IMG/VR virus record: IMGVR_UViG_3300005714_000005
Location: 32,001-96,000 of that record
Length of the DNA: 64,000 nucleotides
Source: a virus
Lineage: Duplodnaviria > Caudoviricetes
Direction: 5' to 3' (one strand)
Part shown: positions 1-9,865 of the stretch, piece after piece
How the letters are laid out: every line of letters begins with the position of its first letter
Position numbering within the stretch: position 1 is the stretch's first letter
Notes under the pieces: model-generated
What the model saw: only the letters and a program-made list of their open reading frames with translations
Database searches by the model: none
Told to the model about the DNA's origin: nothing
Position numbers and translations under genes: made by a program

Positions 1-306
1 CTTGTATCGTTGATATGGATGAACTTAAAGCCTTACAAACTTTAAGTCAAGCAGAATTAAAAGGTCAAAAGAATGGCGAATACTACATCTCAATAGACGT
101 TGCCCGAAGTGCAAAGACTTCTAACAATGCTAGTGCAATTGCTATCTTGCGGGTCAGACGAGATGCACGAGGTAAAGTTCGTGAGATACAAGCGGTCAAT
201 CTAGTAAAATTACCAAACGGACTAAACTTTAAACAACAAACTGTAATTTTAAAACGCCTATGTAATCTATTTGAGCCTGAAGCATTGATAGTAGATATTA
301 ATGGGT
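1..306 (+). CDS. terL: Terminase large subunit, C-terminal nuclease domain, exon upstream of group I intron (5' part outside window)
   Basis: RNase H-like motifs ISIDVA and IVDING; lies just upstream of portal. Joining 306 to 1151 gives DINGLGKGLMD in frame. Confidence 0.85.
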
Positions 307-1150
307 TAAATCTAGCCCCTTTGTATAGCAATATACACCGAAAAACTCTTTTAATTCATGGGAACTCTCAATCTTTAATTGAGACAATCATGAGCGAAGC
401 TAAAATTCAATGTTATATTTTCAATGGAAAGAAGTGACTATATGAAAGAAGTATGGAAACCGATAAAGAACTACGAAGGTTATTACGAAGTTTCAAATAA
501 GGGTAAAGTAAGAACAGTTACAAGATTTGTTCCGAATAGTGGCAAACATGGAATGTGGTATGAATCACGTATTCTCAAATTCAATATAGATAAAGACGGA
601 TACTGCACAGTTGCTTTACAGAGAGAAGGAAAAGTAAAGCGATGTAAAGTGCATAGATTGGTGCTATCTACTTTTGACAATTATGAGAGTGATTTACAAG
701 TAAACCACATTGACGGAAATAAACTCAATAACTGTTTAAGCAACCTTGAATGGGTAACTAGTAGTGAAAATATCAAACACGCATATAGTATTGGACTTAA
801 AACCCAATCAGGTTCAAAGAATAACGGTTCTAAACTAACTGAGGAGCAAGTTATTCAAATGTGTGATTTCTTCAAATACACAACTTTTACTAATAAACAA
901 ATCGCCGATATGTTTGACATAAAAAGCGATGAAACGATTAGAAAAATTAGAAAAAGAAAAGCGTGGACACACGTGACACAAAACATTGAATTTTAGAACG
1001 TGCAACGACTATCCCGAAAGGGAGTACACTCAAGCGAGTGGAAATGGAGAGTACCCAACTTGGGTAAAGATATAGTCTGGACTATGTGGTGACATATAGA
1101 AGTTCATAAGAGAACTGGCAAGGTGGTAGCGTACCTTGTTGAACACATTG
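307..1150 (+). mobile_element. Group I intron in terL
   Basis: 5' exon ends in U with P1 GGGU/GCCC; core elements GCAACGACTA (~1002) and AAGATATAGTCT (~1067); terminal G at 1150; splicing restores the frame. Confidence 0.9.
442..996 (+). CDS. Intron-encoded NUMOD4-HNH homing endonuclease
   Basis: EVWKPIKNYEGYYEVSNKGKVR (NUMOD4); VHRLV...VNHIDGNKLNN...NLEW (HNH). Confidence 0.9.
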   Translation: MKEVWKPIKNYEGYYEVSNKGKVRTVTRFVPNSGKHGMWYESRILKFNIDKDGYCTVALQREGKVKRCKVHRLVLSTFDNYESDLQVNHIDGNKLNNCLSNLEWVTSSENIKHAYSIGLKTQSGSKNNGSKLTEEQVIQMCDFFKYTTFTNKQIADMFDIKSDETIRKIRKRKAWTHVTQNIEF

Positions 1151-1674
1151 TAGGTAAGGGACTTATGGATTATATTTTAGACGAAATTACATTAGAAGAT
1201 GGTACGGTATTGGAGGCTTACGACATGATTAATACTGACTACCGAAGTGAATATCGAAATGCTAAACGCTGTGTTTATGGTATTGAAGCACAATCTAACA
1301 ATACAGAAATGATTGTGCAATTTCAAAACATTGTAGGAACAAAAATCCTACGACTATTAGAACCTTTTGATGTTAATAAAGCTATCGACATTCCCGATGA
1401 AGATTATCTAGTGAGTGATATTTTACCGTTTTTACGAACTGAGAATTTTATCGGTGAAGTGCAAAACTTAACTGTTGAGGAAATTCAAGGTAGTGGTAAA
1501 TTAAAAGTCGGTCAACTCGTTAGAGCAGATAAGGATATTTTCTCGGCAGTTCAGATGGGTTCGTGGTATATCATGAAACATAAGAATGTTGGCTATGAGG
1601 AAGAGCAAGATATTGATTATCATGCAGTATTCAAATCTCTTATGAGAAAGCCTGATATTTATAAACATAGATAG
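1151..1674 (+). CDS. terL: Terminase large subunit, last exon
   Basis: In-frame continuation after intron; C-terminal KDIFSA nuclease motif; followed by portal. Confidence 0.85.
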
Positions 1675-1683
1675 GAAAGGAGT

Positions 1684-3258
1684 GTGAGAAGAATGGAAAC
1701 TAATGAGATGCTAGAAGGTTTAAAAGTATTTGATGAGAATGTTGATAACTATACGGAAGCAGACAGATACGAAGATTTATTAACTTTCTCTAAACGATTA
1801 GAGGTACAAAATCGTAGACGTATGGACTCTTGGATTTCACGCCAAGCACAACAACGCTATGTGAAATACAATGATGAACAAGTTAAGCAATTCTTACAAG
1901 ACCCTCGTGCTCATGAAAAAGAGTTACGTCAATTAAGTCGTCAATTAGAAAATACAAGTCAAATTTATCAACGTATCGTAGGATATTTGCCAAGTTTAGC
2001 AATTATCAACCCTATCATTTTACCAACCTATCAAGCACAACGATTAAAAACAATTGATGTGCAATATGAGAAAGCAATGGAATATTTAACTTTATTAAAT
2101 TTACCAAAAGAATTGCTAAAAGTCTATCGTACCGTATTCCGAGAAGATGTATTCTATGGATTGGAATATGAAAGCGAAGATATGTATAGTATTCGACAAC
2201 TAGACCCTGATTACTGTCGTATTAGTGGAGTTGAGCATGGTGCTTATACATATCAAATGGATATGACTTTCTTCTGCAAGACAAAGAATTACGATGTTGA
2301 TACAACATTACTTGCAGAATATGACCAGTATATTGATGGTTTCTTTACCAAAGCATTTAACAACTATCGTAAAGATGGTAGCAAACAATGGGTTGACATT
2401 CCTGCTCAAAATTCAATTTGTATCAAGTTGAAAGAGGAATTGGATTATTGCTACCCACCTTATGCAAGTATTTATAAAGATATTCAATCAATTGAAGATT
2501 TTAAAGCATTAAATAAAATTGCAGAGGAACAAGCAAACTATAAAATTATTGGTTTCAAAATCCCAACTTTCTCAGGTAATAATGCGAAGAATAATCAACA
2601 AGACGCATTCTCTATCAAAGTTGAAACTGCAACAATGTTCTACGAATTAGCTCGTACTGCTATTGCAGATTCTATTGGTATCTTCTACTCGCCAATGGAT
2701 TGGGATAGTGTCAACTTCAATGACGGTACTACCAATACACGAAATCGAGTAAAAGAATCAACAGACCAACTATATGATAGTTTGGGAATTAGTCGTTTAG
2801 TATTCAATAGTGATAATGCCACAACTTTACAATATTCAATCAAATGTGATGAGGCATTGTTATTTGCACTAAACCGACAAATTGAAACTTGGATTACTCG
2901 TAAGTTTATTTATAAGCACAAAGGAAATTTCGTTTGTGAGATTTTAGACTTGACAATCTTCAATCGTAAAGATATGGCAGATACATTCCTAAAAGGCGCT
3001 CAAAGTGGAGTTCCAACAGTTGTCAAAACTTGGATTGCTATGGGTGGTCGTCAAGAAAACTTAATGGCTTATAATTTCTTACAAAATAATATTCTAAAAG
3101 TTCAAGATAACTTCATTCCACTTTCTACCTCATATACACAAAGTTCAAAGGATAGTGAGAGTGGTAGACCAACTGAGGAAAATCCAAATTCTGAGGTGAC
3201 AATTGAAAATCGCAATCGAGGTACTGATGCAGAAAAGACTGCGATGAATAATGCTTAA
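1684..3258 (+). CDS. Portal protein
   Basis: 524 aa directly after terL; C-terminal PLSTSYTQS...GRP motif typical of SPbeta-like portals. Confidence 0.8.
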   Translation: MRRMETNEMLEGLKVFDENVDNYTEADRYEDLLTFSKRLEVQNRRRMDSWISRQAQQRYVKYNDEQVKQFLQDPRAHEKELRQLSRQLENTSQIYQRIVGYLPSLAIINPIILPTYQAQRLKTIDVQYEKAMEYLTLLNLPKELLKVYRTVFREDVFYGLEYESEDMYSIRQLDPDYCRISGVEHGAYTYQMDMTFFCKTKNYDVDTTLLAEYDQYIDGFFTKAFNNYRKDGSKQWVDIPAQNSICIKLKEELDYCYPPYASIYKDIQSIEDFKALNKIAEEQANYKIIGFKIPTFSGNNAKNNQQDAFSIKVETATMFYELARTAIADSIGIFYSPMDWDSVNFNDGTTNTRNRVKESTDQLYDSLGISRLVFNSDNATTLQYSIKCDEALLFALNRQIETWITRKFIYKHKGNFVCEILDLTIFNRKDMADTFLKGAQSGVPTVVKTWIAMGGRQENLMAYNFLQNNILKVQDNFIPLSTSYTQSSKDSESGRPTEENPNSEVTIENRNRGTDAEKTAMNNA

Positions 3259-3277
3259 TTTGAAAGGAGGTGAGAGT

Positions 3278-4510
3278 ATGGAGGAAATGAAGTCAAGAGT
3301 AAATTTCTTAGGAACTGCCAATTTCTCTAATTTCAAAGCAACTTCTAATCCCTCTTTTCATAAAGCGACTCTACGTATTATGGCTATTGATAAAATTGCC
3401 AATAAATATAAATTTACTGAGAAATCAGTAGAGAATGCTCTGAGTAGTATCGACAATGTACCATTAGCTACTTTCTTTGATGAACGAGCAAATAACTTAG
3501 GCGACCATGATGACCGTATGCGAGAAGGTCAACGTACCTATGGTGTGGGGACTATTGCAGAAAGTTGTGAAAAGTGGATTGAAGAAGTTGAAGAAAATGG
3601 AGTTGTTGATAAGTACCTTTCTAGTGAGGTTATCTTATGGAAACGTCAAGAGAAAGAGTACGACTTTATCAGACGACATAAGGAATTAAGTGTAAGTATG
3701 GAAGTGCAACCAACTAAGGCATATCGAAACAAAGATGGGATTATTGTTGTAGAGGATTTCTACTTTACAGCAGTTACTATCTTGGGTATCGGTATTAACC
3801 CTGCATTTGGTGGTGCTTCAATTACATTTAGCCAACAAGATGAACAGTATCAACAAATGATGACTGAATTAAAAGAATTTGAAAATGGAGGGTTTTCTAT
3901 GGAAGAAAATCAAATTGTGAACGAACCTATCACAACTCCTGAACCAATTGAGCCAATCGTTGAACCTAATGAACCAACTGAACCTATTACTGAAGAACCA
4001 AAGGTGCAGGAAGATACAAAAACTGAACCTATTGCAGAGCCAGTAGCAGAACCAAAGGTTGAGCCTGATAAGGTAGATTATAAAGCTCAAATGGAACAAA
4101 TGGAAGTTGAATATTCTAAAACAATTCGTGACTTAACACAAGAGAAAGATACATTATCTCAACAAATTCAAACTTTAGCAAGTGAGAAAACTGCACTAGA
4201 GGAAGAATTAAATTCTCTTCGTGAATACAAAAACACGATTGAAAAAGAACAACGTACTAATGCTCAAAATGAAGTATTAGAACGCTATGCAGACTTAAAA
4301 GATTATGAGGGATATGAGGACTTAATGGGTCGATTAGATACATTAAGTGCAGAAGAATTAGAAAATAATCTTCTTATCTTATTAGGTCGTGCAGAACGTG
4401 CAAAACGTGAAAAACAACGAGGTAACAAACCTACACAAGCTAAGATTAACATTACTACTGCAAATAGTCAACAGGTGACACAAGTACACCCTCGATATGG
4501 AATTATCTAG
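3278..4510 (+). CDS. Prohead protease / scaffold protein
   Basis: Follows portal; protease-like LSVSME...F.AVTILG N-domain, Pro/Glu-rich linker, coiled-coil C-terminus; RBS AAGGAGG before ATG 3278. Confidence 0.7.
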   Translation: MEEMKSRVNFLGTANFSNFKATSNPSFHKATLRIMAIDKIANKYKFTEKSVENALSSIDNVPLATFFDERANNLGDHDDRMREGQRTYGVGTIAESCEKWIEEVEENGVVDKYLSSEVILWKRQEKEYDFIRRHKELSVSMEVQPTKAYRNKDGIIVVEDFYFTAVTILGIGINPAFGGASITFSQQDEQYQQMMTELKEFENGGFSMEENQIVNEPITTPEPIEPIVEPNEPTEPITEEPKVQEDTKTEPIAEPVAEPKVEPDKVDYKAQMEQMEVEYSKTIRDLTQEKDTLSQQIQTLASEKTALEEELNSLREYKNTIEKEQRTNAQNEVLERYADLKDYEGYEDLMGRLDTLSAEELENNLLILLGRAERAKREKQRGNKPTQAKINITTANSQQVTQVHPRYGII

Positions 4511-4572
4511 TAAGCAGTATTCAATGTATATAAAAACAATCTCAAAAGAGAACTGAAGGAGGAATTTGCAAT

Positions 4573-5145
4573 ATGGCAAACATTTTATATTTCAACTTAA
4601 CAAATGTTAAAGAAGCAAAAGGTGGTCGCCCACAAACAGTTATGTTCACAGGGGCAGAATTAAAACCTAATGGGTCAATCGTAACTTTAGGTGATACTAA
4701 AGAAAACAAAGGAGCTGCTCGTGAATTAGACCATGTTCATGACGTAACTTTCGGAGCTTTAGACAAAGTAATTGGTGCATGGGTAATTGCGGCACCTGAA
4801 ATCGTAGCACAACAATATCGTTTAATTGATGACAAAGCATGGCAATTTGCTTTAGAACCAAATGAAACTTATGCAGCTTACCAATTGCAAGCTTTAGACC
4901 GTTTAGAGTATTCAGAAGGATACTTCAAAACTGCTGTTTCAACTTTAAAAGTTGGAGATTATGTAAAAATCGATGCTCAAGGAAAATTCGAAAAAGGAAC
5001 TAATGCACAAGATTCTGCTTTTCGTATTGTAAGCATTTTAGACGTTACTAAACCAGTAGTTTTAGCGGCCAACGCTACAAAAGACCAACCTGCTGCTTTC
5101 ATTCCACAATTAGGAAAAATGGTTAAATTAGAGGTAGTACGATAG
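4573..5145 (+). CDS. Head structural protein (possible decoration/cement)
   Basis: Between scaffold and major capsid; highly expressed codon style; strong RBS. Confidence 0.55.
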   Translation: MANILYFNLTNVKEAKGGRPQTVMFTGAELKPNGSIVTLGDTKENKGAARELDHVHDVTFGALDKVIGAWVIAAPEIVAQQYRLIDDKAWQFALEPNETYAAYQLQALDRLEYSEGYFKTAVSTLKVGDYVKIDAQGKFEKGTNAQDSAFRIVSILDVTKPVVLAANATKDQPAAFIPQLGKMVKLEVVR

Positions 5146-5183
5146 TCTTAGGACATCGTTACTTGAAGGAGGAATAAATACAT

Positions 5184-6227
5184 ATGATGACTACAACACA
5201 AATCGCAAACTTAATGATTGACAATTACAAAGGTGTAGCACCTGCTCACTTTTCAAATGGATTAACTGCCGAACAACAAATTTCAGAAGCTATGTTCTCT
5301 GCAATGGGAATTGCACCAACTACTGACACTACTGAAATCATCAAAGCATTCCGTAAAGAATCTGTTCGTAACGCAGTATTCTCAATCGTAGAAGAAGTTG
5401 TTCAAGATGGAATTATCCACGAAGCATGGCAAAACCCATTCTTCCAATTATTCGTTGAATCTCGTTCTCAAAAACGTGGAGACAAAACTACATTCTATGT
5501 AAAATCTAAAAAAGAAGTTGTTGTATCTCGTGTTGCTAAAGATGCTCAAGTTTCTGTTGACCGTCAACGCCCAACTGATGGAGCAGAATTAGACGTTAAA
5601 GTTGAAACTTACGCTATCTCTGTATACGAATACATCGCTCGTATCTTAACTGGTCGTGCAGAATGGAGCGATTTAGTAATGGCATTATACGAAGCAGTAG
5701 AACGTTTTATTGCTGAAAAATGTTATGCTACTTTCTTAGCAGTATGCGAGAACTTACCAACTCAATTCATTCACAACGGAACTTATGACCGTAAGAAAAT
5801 CAAAAAAGCTATTCGTGACGTTAAAATGGCTTCAGGAGCAACTTCAGTTACTTTATTAGGTACTGGTTTAGCTTTAGACTATTTAGCAGACGAAAGTGGA
5901 ATTGACTACATGAAATCAGAAAAAGCTCGTGTAGAAATGATGGAATATGGTCGTGTTGGTCGTTGGTACGGAGAAACTGTTGTTGAATTACCAAACGCAT
6001 TCAAACAAGGTACAGGTTTAAAAGAAACTGTAATGAAAGATGACGTTATCTTCATCGTTCCTAACACAGTTGAAAAACCAGTTAAATTAATTACAGAAAA
6101 CGTCTTAATCGACTTCGATAACTCAGGTTTACGTGTAGACGAAACTTTAGAATTATCTATGAAGTTCTCATTTGGTGTGTCTGTAATCACAGGTAATGTG
6201 CTTGGGTTAATCTCAGGAATTAAGTAA
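5184..6227 (+). CDS. Major capsid protein
   Basis: 347 aa; position; strongly biased codon usage; followed by intrinsic terminator. Confidence 0.8.
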   Translation: MMTTTQIANLMIDNYKGVAPAHFSNGLTAEQQISEAMFSAMGIAPTTDTTEIIKAFRKESVRNAVFSIVEEVVQDGIIHEAWQNPFFQLFVESRSQKRGDKTTFYVKSKKEVVVSRVAKDAQVSVDRQRPTDGAELDVKVETYAISVYEYIARILTGRAEWSDLVMALYEAVERFIAEKCYATFLAVCENLPTQFIHNGTYDRKKIKKAIRDVKMASGATSVTLLGTGLALDYLADESGIDYMKSEKARVEMMEYGRVGRWYGETVVELPNAFKQGTGLKETVMKDDVIFIVPNTVEKPVKLITENVLIDFDNSGLRVDETLELSMKFSFGVSVITGNVLGLISGIK

Positions 6228-6247
6228 TCAACGATTATCAATTGATA

Positions 6248-6275
6248 GAGGAGTATAACTTTATACTCCTTTTTT
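6248..6275 (+). terminator. Intrinsic terminator after capsid gene
   Basis: AGGAGTATAA/TTATACTCCT stem followed by T run. Confidence 0.8.
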
Positions 6276-6285
6276 GAATTGATAA

Positions 6286-6314
6286 TTGACTTTTGTGAAC
6301 TAATTGTTTATAAT
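6286..6314 (+). promoter_or_regulatory. SigmaA-type promoter
   Basis: TTGACT-N17-TATAAT. Confidence 0.8.
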
Positions 6315-6347
6315 ATGATTATACAACAATTAAAGGAGAGATGAATA

Positions 6348-6518
6348 GTGGAAAAACAAGGTAAATTAATCATTAGCCCAATCGTAGCAAAGAAATTATT
6401 AGATATGGACAATACAATCATTGATTTAAAACCAAATAAACGCAATCCAAGAGAAACAGTATTTGTGTTTGAGGTTACAAATAAACTAAGCTCAGATTTA
6501 AAATTATTGAGTAAGTAA
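6348..6518 (+). CDS. Small protein, DUF5659-like (56 aa, not in ORF track)
   Basis: RBS AAAGGAG, GTG start; ...IVAKKLLDMDNTIIDLKPNKRNPRETVFVFE pattern. Confidence 0.6.
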   Translation: MEKQGKLIISPIVAKKLLDMDNTIIDLKPNKRNPRETVFVFEVTNKLSSDLKLLSK

Positions 6519-6542
6519 AGCATTTTGAAAAGGAGAGAAAAT

Positions 6543-6797
6543 ATGAAAGAATTGGTAATTAAGACTTTATTCTATATTTGGTTTCTTTTCACTTTTAGTG
6601 TAATCTTATTCATTCCTTTCTATACATTAGGTACATTTGTAGCGATAGTGGGGTTAATGGTGGGTAAGAATTACACAGTATTGGCAATTGCTAAAGTGTG
6701 TTTCTTCATCTCTAGTGTTATATCACTATTTGTAATGTGTACAGGTGGAGATGCAATCGAGAAGTGTTATGAAGAAACTCGGAATAAAAAGAAATAA
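6543..6797 (+). CDS. Small membrane protein (2-3 TM)
   Basis: RBS AAGGAG; long hydrophobic stretches. Confidence 0.6.
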   Translation: MKELVIKTLFYIWFLFTFSVILFIPFYTLGTFVAIVGLMVGKNYTVLAIAKVCFFISSVISLFVMCTGGDAIEKCYEETRNKKK

Positions 6798-6802
6798 TAC
6801 AT

Positions 6803-6829
6803 AAAAGAGACCTCTTAGTAGGTCTTTTT
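6803..6829 (+). terminator. Intrinsic terminator
   Basis: AGAGACCT/AGGTCTTT stem with T run. Confidence 0.6.
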
Positions 6830-6855
6830 GATTTGTCTGAAAGGTGGTGAGAACT

Positions 6856-7038
6856 ATGAAGCCACACATTGTAGTTATCTATAATATTTACCAAGCTAAT
6901 GCTTTTGTTAAAAATGGAGCAAAGGTGCTTGGATTTAAGAAAAAAGAAGAAACGAAACATATTGGCATCTTGTTTGAAAATGATGAATTATTCCAAACAC
7001 TAATGGAAAAATGGCGTAATTATGAATTGCCTAAATAA
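6856..7038 (+). CDS. Small hypothetical protein (DUF5659-like)
   Basis: RBS AAGGTGG; IYNIYQANAFVKNG...ILFE pattern. Confidence 0.5.
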   Translation: MKPHIVVIYNIYQANAFVKNGAKVLGFKKKEETKHIGILFENDELFQTLMEKWRNYELPK

Positions 7039-7057
7039 TATGAAAGGATTTGATACT

Positions 7058-7801
7058 ATGTCTGAAAAAGTAGAAACAACAGAGGTAAAGAAACCTCGTA
7101 AAAAAGCTACAACAACAAAATCTACTACTGCTAAAGCTAAAGAAGAAGTTGTTGAACAAGTAGCACCTCAACCTCAAATGACACCTGACATGATGGCTAT
7201 GTTTGCACAATTTGCACAATTCATGCAAATGCAACAACAAGCACAAGTTGCTCAACCTGTTGTTGAGGTAGAGAAGAAACCAACACGAGTAAAGAAAATT
7301 AAATCTACATCTACAAAAGGTATGACTAAACAAGCAGTTAGACGCAAGTGGAAAGGTACAGAGGTTTACTTAACAAGTGTAGTCCCTGGTACGGTATCTT
7401 ACAAAGGTAAACTTGATACTTATGGGTGGGATTATTTAGGAGATAGCCAACCTGTATCAATTGAAGATGTAATCTCTATGCCTGACTCTTTCTTAAAGAA
7501 ACCTTTATTAGAAATTAGTGAAGGTGACAATGAGGAAGAATTATTAGATGATTTAATCACTTGTTTAGGATTAGAGTCAATGTATGAGCATTTGTTCATT
7601 TTAGATACTTTAGAAAATGATATTGAGAATATTAACATGGAGAAATTAAAAGAAGTCCTAGCTACCTCAAAAGAGGAAGGTCATGATTTAGAAGTTGAAG
7701 TAACTGCTATTGTTCAATCAAAAATCAACAATAAAGAGTTATTAAACTATCATGCTATTTCAGAATTTGAGAAATTGTTAGGTCGTTCATTCAATAAGTA
7801 A
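7058..7801 (+). CDS. Hypothetical virion morphogenesis protein
   Basis: RBS GAAAGG; low-complexity K/T and Q/M N-terminus; located in head-tail block. Confidence 0.55.
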   Translation: MSEKVETTEVKKPRKKATTTKSTTAKAKEEVVEQVAPQPQMTPDMMAMFAQFAQFMQMQQQAQVAQPVVEVEKKPTRVKKIKSTSTKGMTKQAVRRKWKGTEVYLTSVVPGTVSYKGKLDTYGWDYLGDSQPVSIEDVISMPDSFLKKPLLEISEGDNEEELLDDLITCLGLESMYEHLFILDTLENDIENINMEKLKEVLATSKEEGHDLEVEVTAIVQSKINNKELLNYHAISEFEKLLGRSFNK

Positions 7802-7823
7802 TTCTCCATTCACTTGAAAGGAG

Positions 7824-8258
7824 TTGATATTATTGGAAAAGATTTATTCCATGTTCTTACGGTTAATGACCGACTATAAAGATTTACTATTTACAGAAGA
7901 AGAAGCTAAAGAGGAATTTGCAGAAATCTTAGAAAATGCTTTAATTGAAGTACAAATCAAGGGTGCATTAGAAGATTTAACTTTCATTGGTGGTCAATTC
8001 AATCGTGACTTGACTGCCAATGAGCAATATATCTTAGCTCACTCATGCGTATTAATTTGGGTGCAACCAATGGTTAATAGTGCAGAATTATTAGCCGCAC
8101 AGTTGACTTCAACAGATTATTCACAATTCTCAAACTCAAATCGACTATCGGCTGCTATTCGATTAAACAACAATATCTCTACAAAATTATATACTCTATT
8201 ATCAGAATATGATTGTCGAGTTAGCTTTAAGGCACTCAAAAAGAAATTGGGTGATTAA
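7824..8258 (+). CDS. Putative head-tail adaptor
   Basis: 144 aa helical protein at the start of the neck block. Confidence 0.5.
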   Translation: MILLEKIYSMFLRLMTDYKDLLFTEEEAKEEFAEILENALIEVQIKGALEDLTFIGGQFNRDLTANEQYILAHSCVLIWVQPMVNSAELLAAQLTSTDYSQFSNSNRLSAAIRLNNNISTKLYTLLSEYDCRVSFKALKKKLGD

Positions 8259-8260
8259 TC

Positions 8261-9235
8261 ATGGCAACAAGTCGAGAAAGATATATGAAACGACTCATGG
8301 GAACTCCTGATGCAGTTCGTACTCATAGACGTTCACAAAATGATTTCAATAATAATTTCTCATTCCGAATGGCAGATGGTTTTAGAGAGGCTAAGATTTT
8401 AAGTCGTAAACACTATGACGCTAATTCAGAACAATGGGAAGATTTTGAAATTTTATTAAAGCATAGCAAGAAAAAAGAAGAAAAGAAAGTTATCACTCGC
8501 ACAGGTGTTGAATTACCAACAGGTAGCTACATTCAGTACGGTGATAATATCGTCATCATCTCAGGTCAATTCATGGAAGAAGATGACGTAATGCCAACTT
8601 ATCATGCTTACAAATGTCTACAAAAGTTATATATTAAGGGTTGCCCTTATGTATTCCCAATGTCTACTTCAAACAGTTCATATTCAACTAAAGGGGTAAG
8701 AGATACAGGGACAGTTGAGTTGATTGATGCACGAAATAAGGCGTATATTCAACGCAATAAATTTACTGTTCGATTCTTTCAAAACCACAAGAACTATCGA
8801 ATTGCTATTGGTGACGAAGAAGTGACAACCTATTATATTGTAACCGAGTGTGATGATTCTTCAACGCCAGGTATGTTTACATTAACCTTAAAGGCAGATG
8901 AAAAACATCCTAATGATAAGGGGTTATATGCTTACAATGAAAATCCTATTGACTTCTCTGATTTAATCCCAACACAAGGGAATGGACAAGAAGTTGAGGG
9001 TATTGTTTCACCTGAGTTATCATGTGAGACATATCAAAAATTAAATATCCAATTTGAGTTAATTTGCAATAAGAAAATTAAATCTTATCAATTACCTCAA
9101 GGTATAGATTTTATCAGTCTAAGCAAAGACCAACACACATTAATTGTAAACCCTACTGAAAAAGGTGTCAAGACTATTAGTGTAACAGATAATGACAATA
9201 AAACCGTTAGCAAGAAAATTGTTGTAAAGGGGTGA
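8261..9235 (+). CDS. Putative head closure / neck protein
   Basis: Position; beta-rich sequence with Ig-like C-terminus. Confidence 0.45.
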   Translation: MATSRERYMKRLMGTPDAVRTHRRSQNDFNNNFSFRMADGFREAKILSRKHYDANSEQWEDFEILLKHSKKKEEKKVITRTGVELPTGSYIQYGDNIVIISGQFMEEDDVMPTYHAYKCLQKLYIKGCPYVFPMSTSNSSYSTKGVRDTGTVELIDARNKAYIQRNKFTVRFFQNHKNYRIAIGDEEVTTYYIVTECDDSSTPGMFTLTLKADEKHPNDKGLYAYNENPIDFSDLIPTQGNGQEVEGIVSPELSCETYQKLNIQFELICNKKIKSYQLPQGIDFISLSKDQHTLIVNPTEKGVKTISVTDNDNKTVSKKIVVKG

Positions 9236-9239
9236 GTGA

Positions 9240-9857
9240 ATGCGACAATTTGAGTTTACCAAAAGTAACAAGATTAGACGTATTCAACCTCTTACACGAT
9301 TTATTTGTGAAACATTAGATTGTCAAGAGGTTAGACGTTTATGCAGATATTACACGCTAGACCCACTAGAAGATTTTGCTTTGGATTATTTAGATAATGA
9401 GGTTGAACAACCCGACCTACAAGATAGCTTAATGGAAGAAGTCATTCGTGATAAACATGTTAGTCAAGGTGCAGATAAGGAAATTATCATTCCTTATATG
9501 TTTACCAAAGACGTATTAACAAATAAACGAATGGCTATTTTTGTATACTGTGACAAAGTTGATTTAAGTCAATATGACGAAGATGCAGATTTAGTATTCA
9601 TGGTAGATATTGCTTATTCAATCGACATTGATAAATTAACAGATTATCAACAACGTTGTTGGGCTATTGCCGAAATCGTTAGTGAGAAATTTGATAAATA
9701 TGTCATGAAAGATGAAAAATATTTACCTATCGTTGGAGCAGTAGAGTTTAATCTATCTAGTCGAATTATCCATAGTAAACTAGCAAGTAATACAACAATG
9801 GGAATTATCTCAATTCCTATTATAGTCCATACGAAAGCTATGCGTAGTAGACGCTAG
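9240..9857 (+). CDS. Putative tail completion protein
   Basis: Position in neck block upstream of the tail tube gene. Confidence 0.4.
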   Translation: MRQFEFTKSNKIRRIQPLTRFICETLDCQEVRRLCRYYTLDPLEDFALDYLDNEVEQPDLQDSLMEEVIRDKHVSQGADKEIIIPYMFTKDVLTNKRMAIFVYCDKVDLSQYDEDADLVFMVDIAYSIDIDKLTDYQQRCWAIAEIVSEKFDKYVMKDEKYLPIVGAVEFNLSSRIIHSKLASNTTMGIISIPIIVHTKAMRSRR

Positions 9858-9865
9858 GTGATAAA

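Noticed and set aside
15-437. ORF-track protein ending ...NLAPLYSNIH...NGKK, and the 1123 start MVAYLVEHI
   Set aside because: Both read into intron sequence; the true protein is the spliced terminase.
3900-4075. Pro/Glu repeats (EPIxEP) in the protease/scaffold gene
   Set aside because: Ordinary low-complexity linker.
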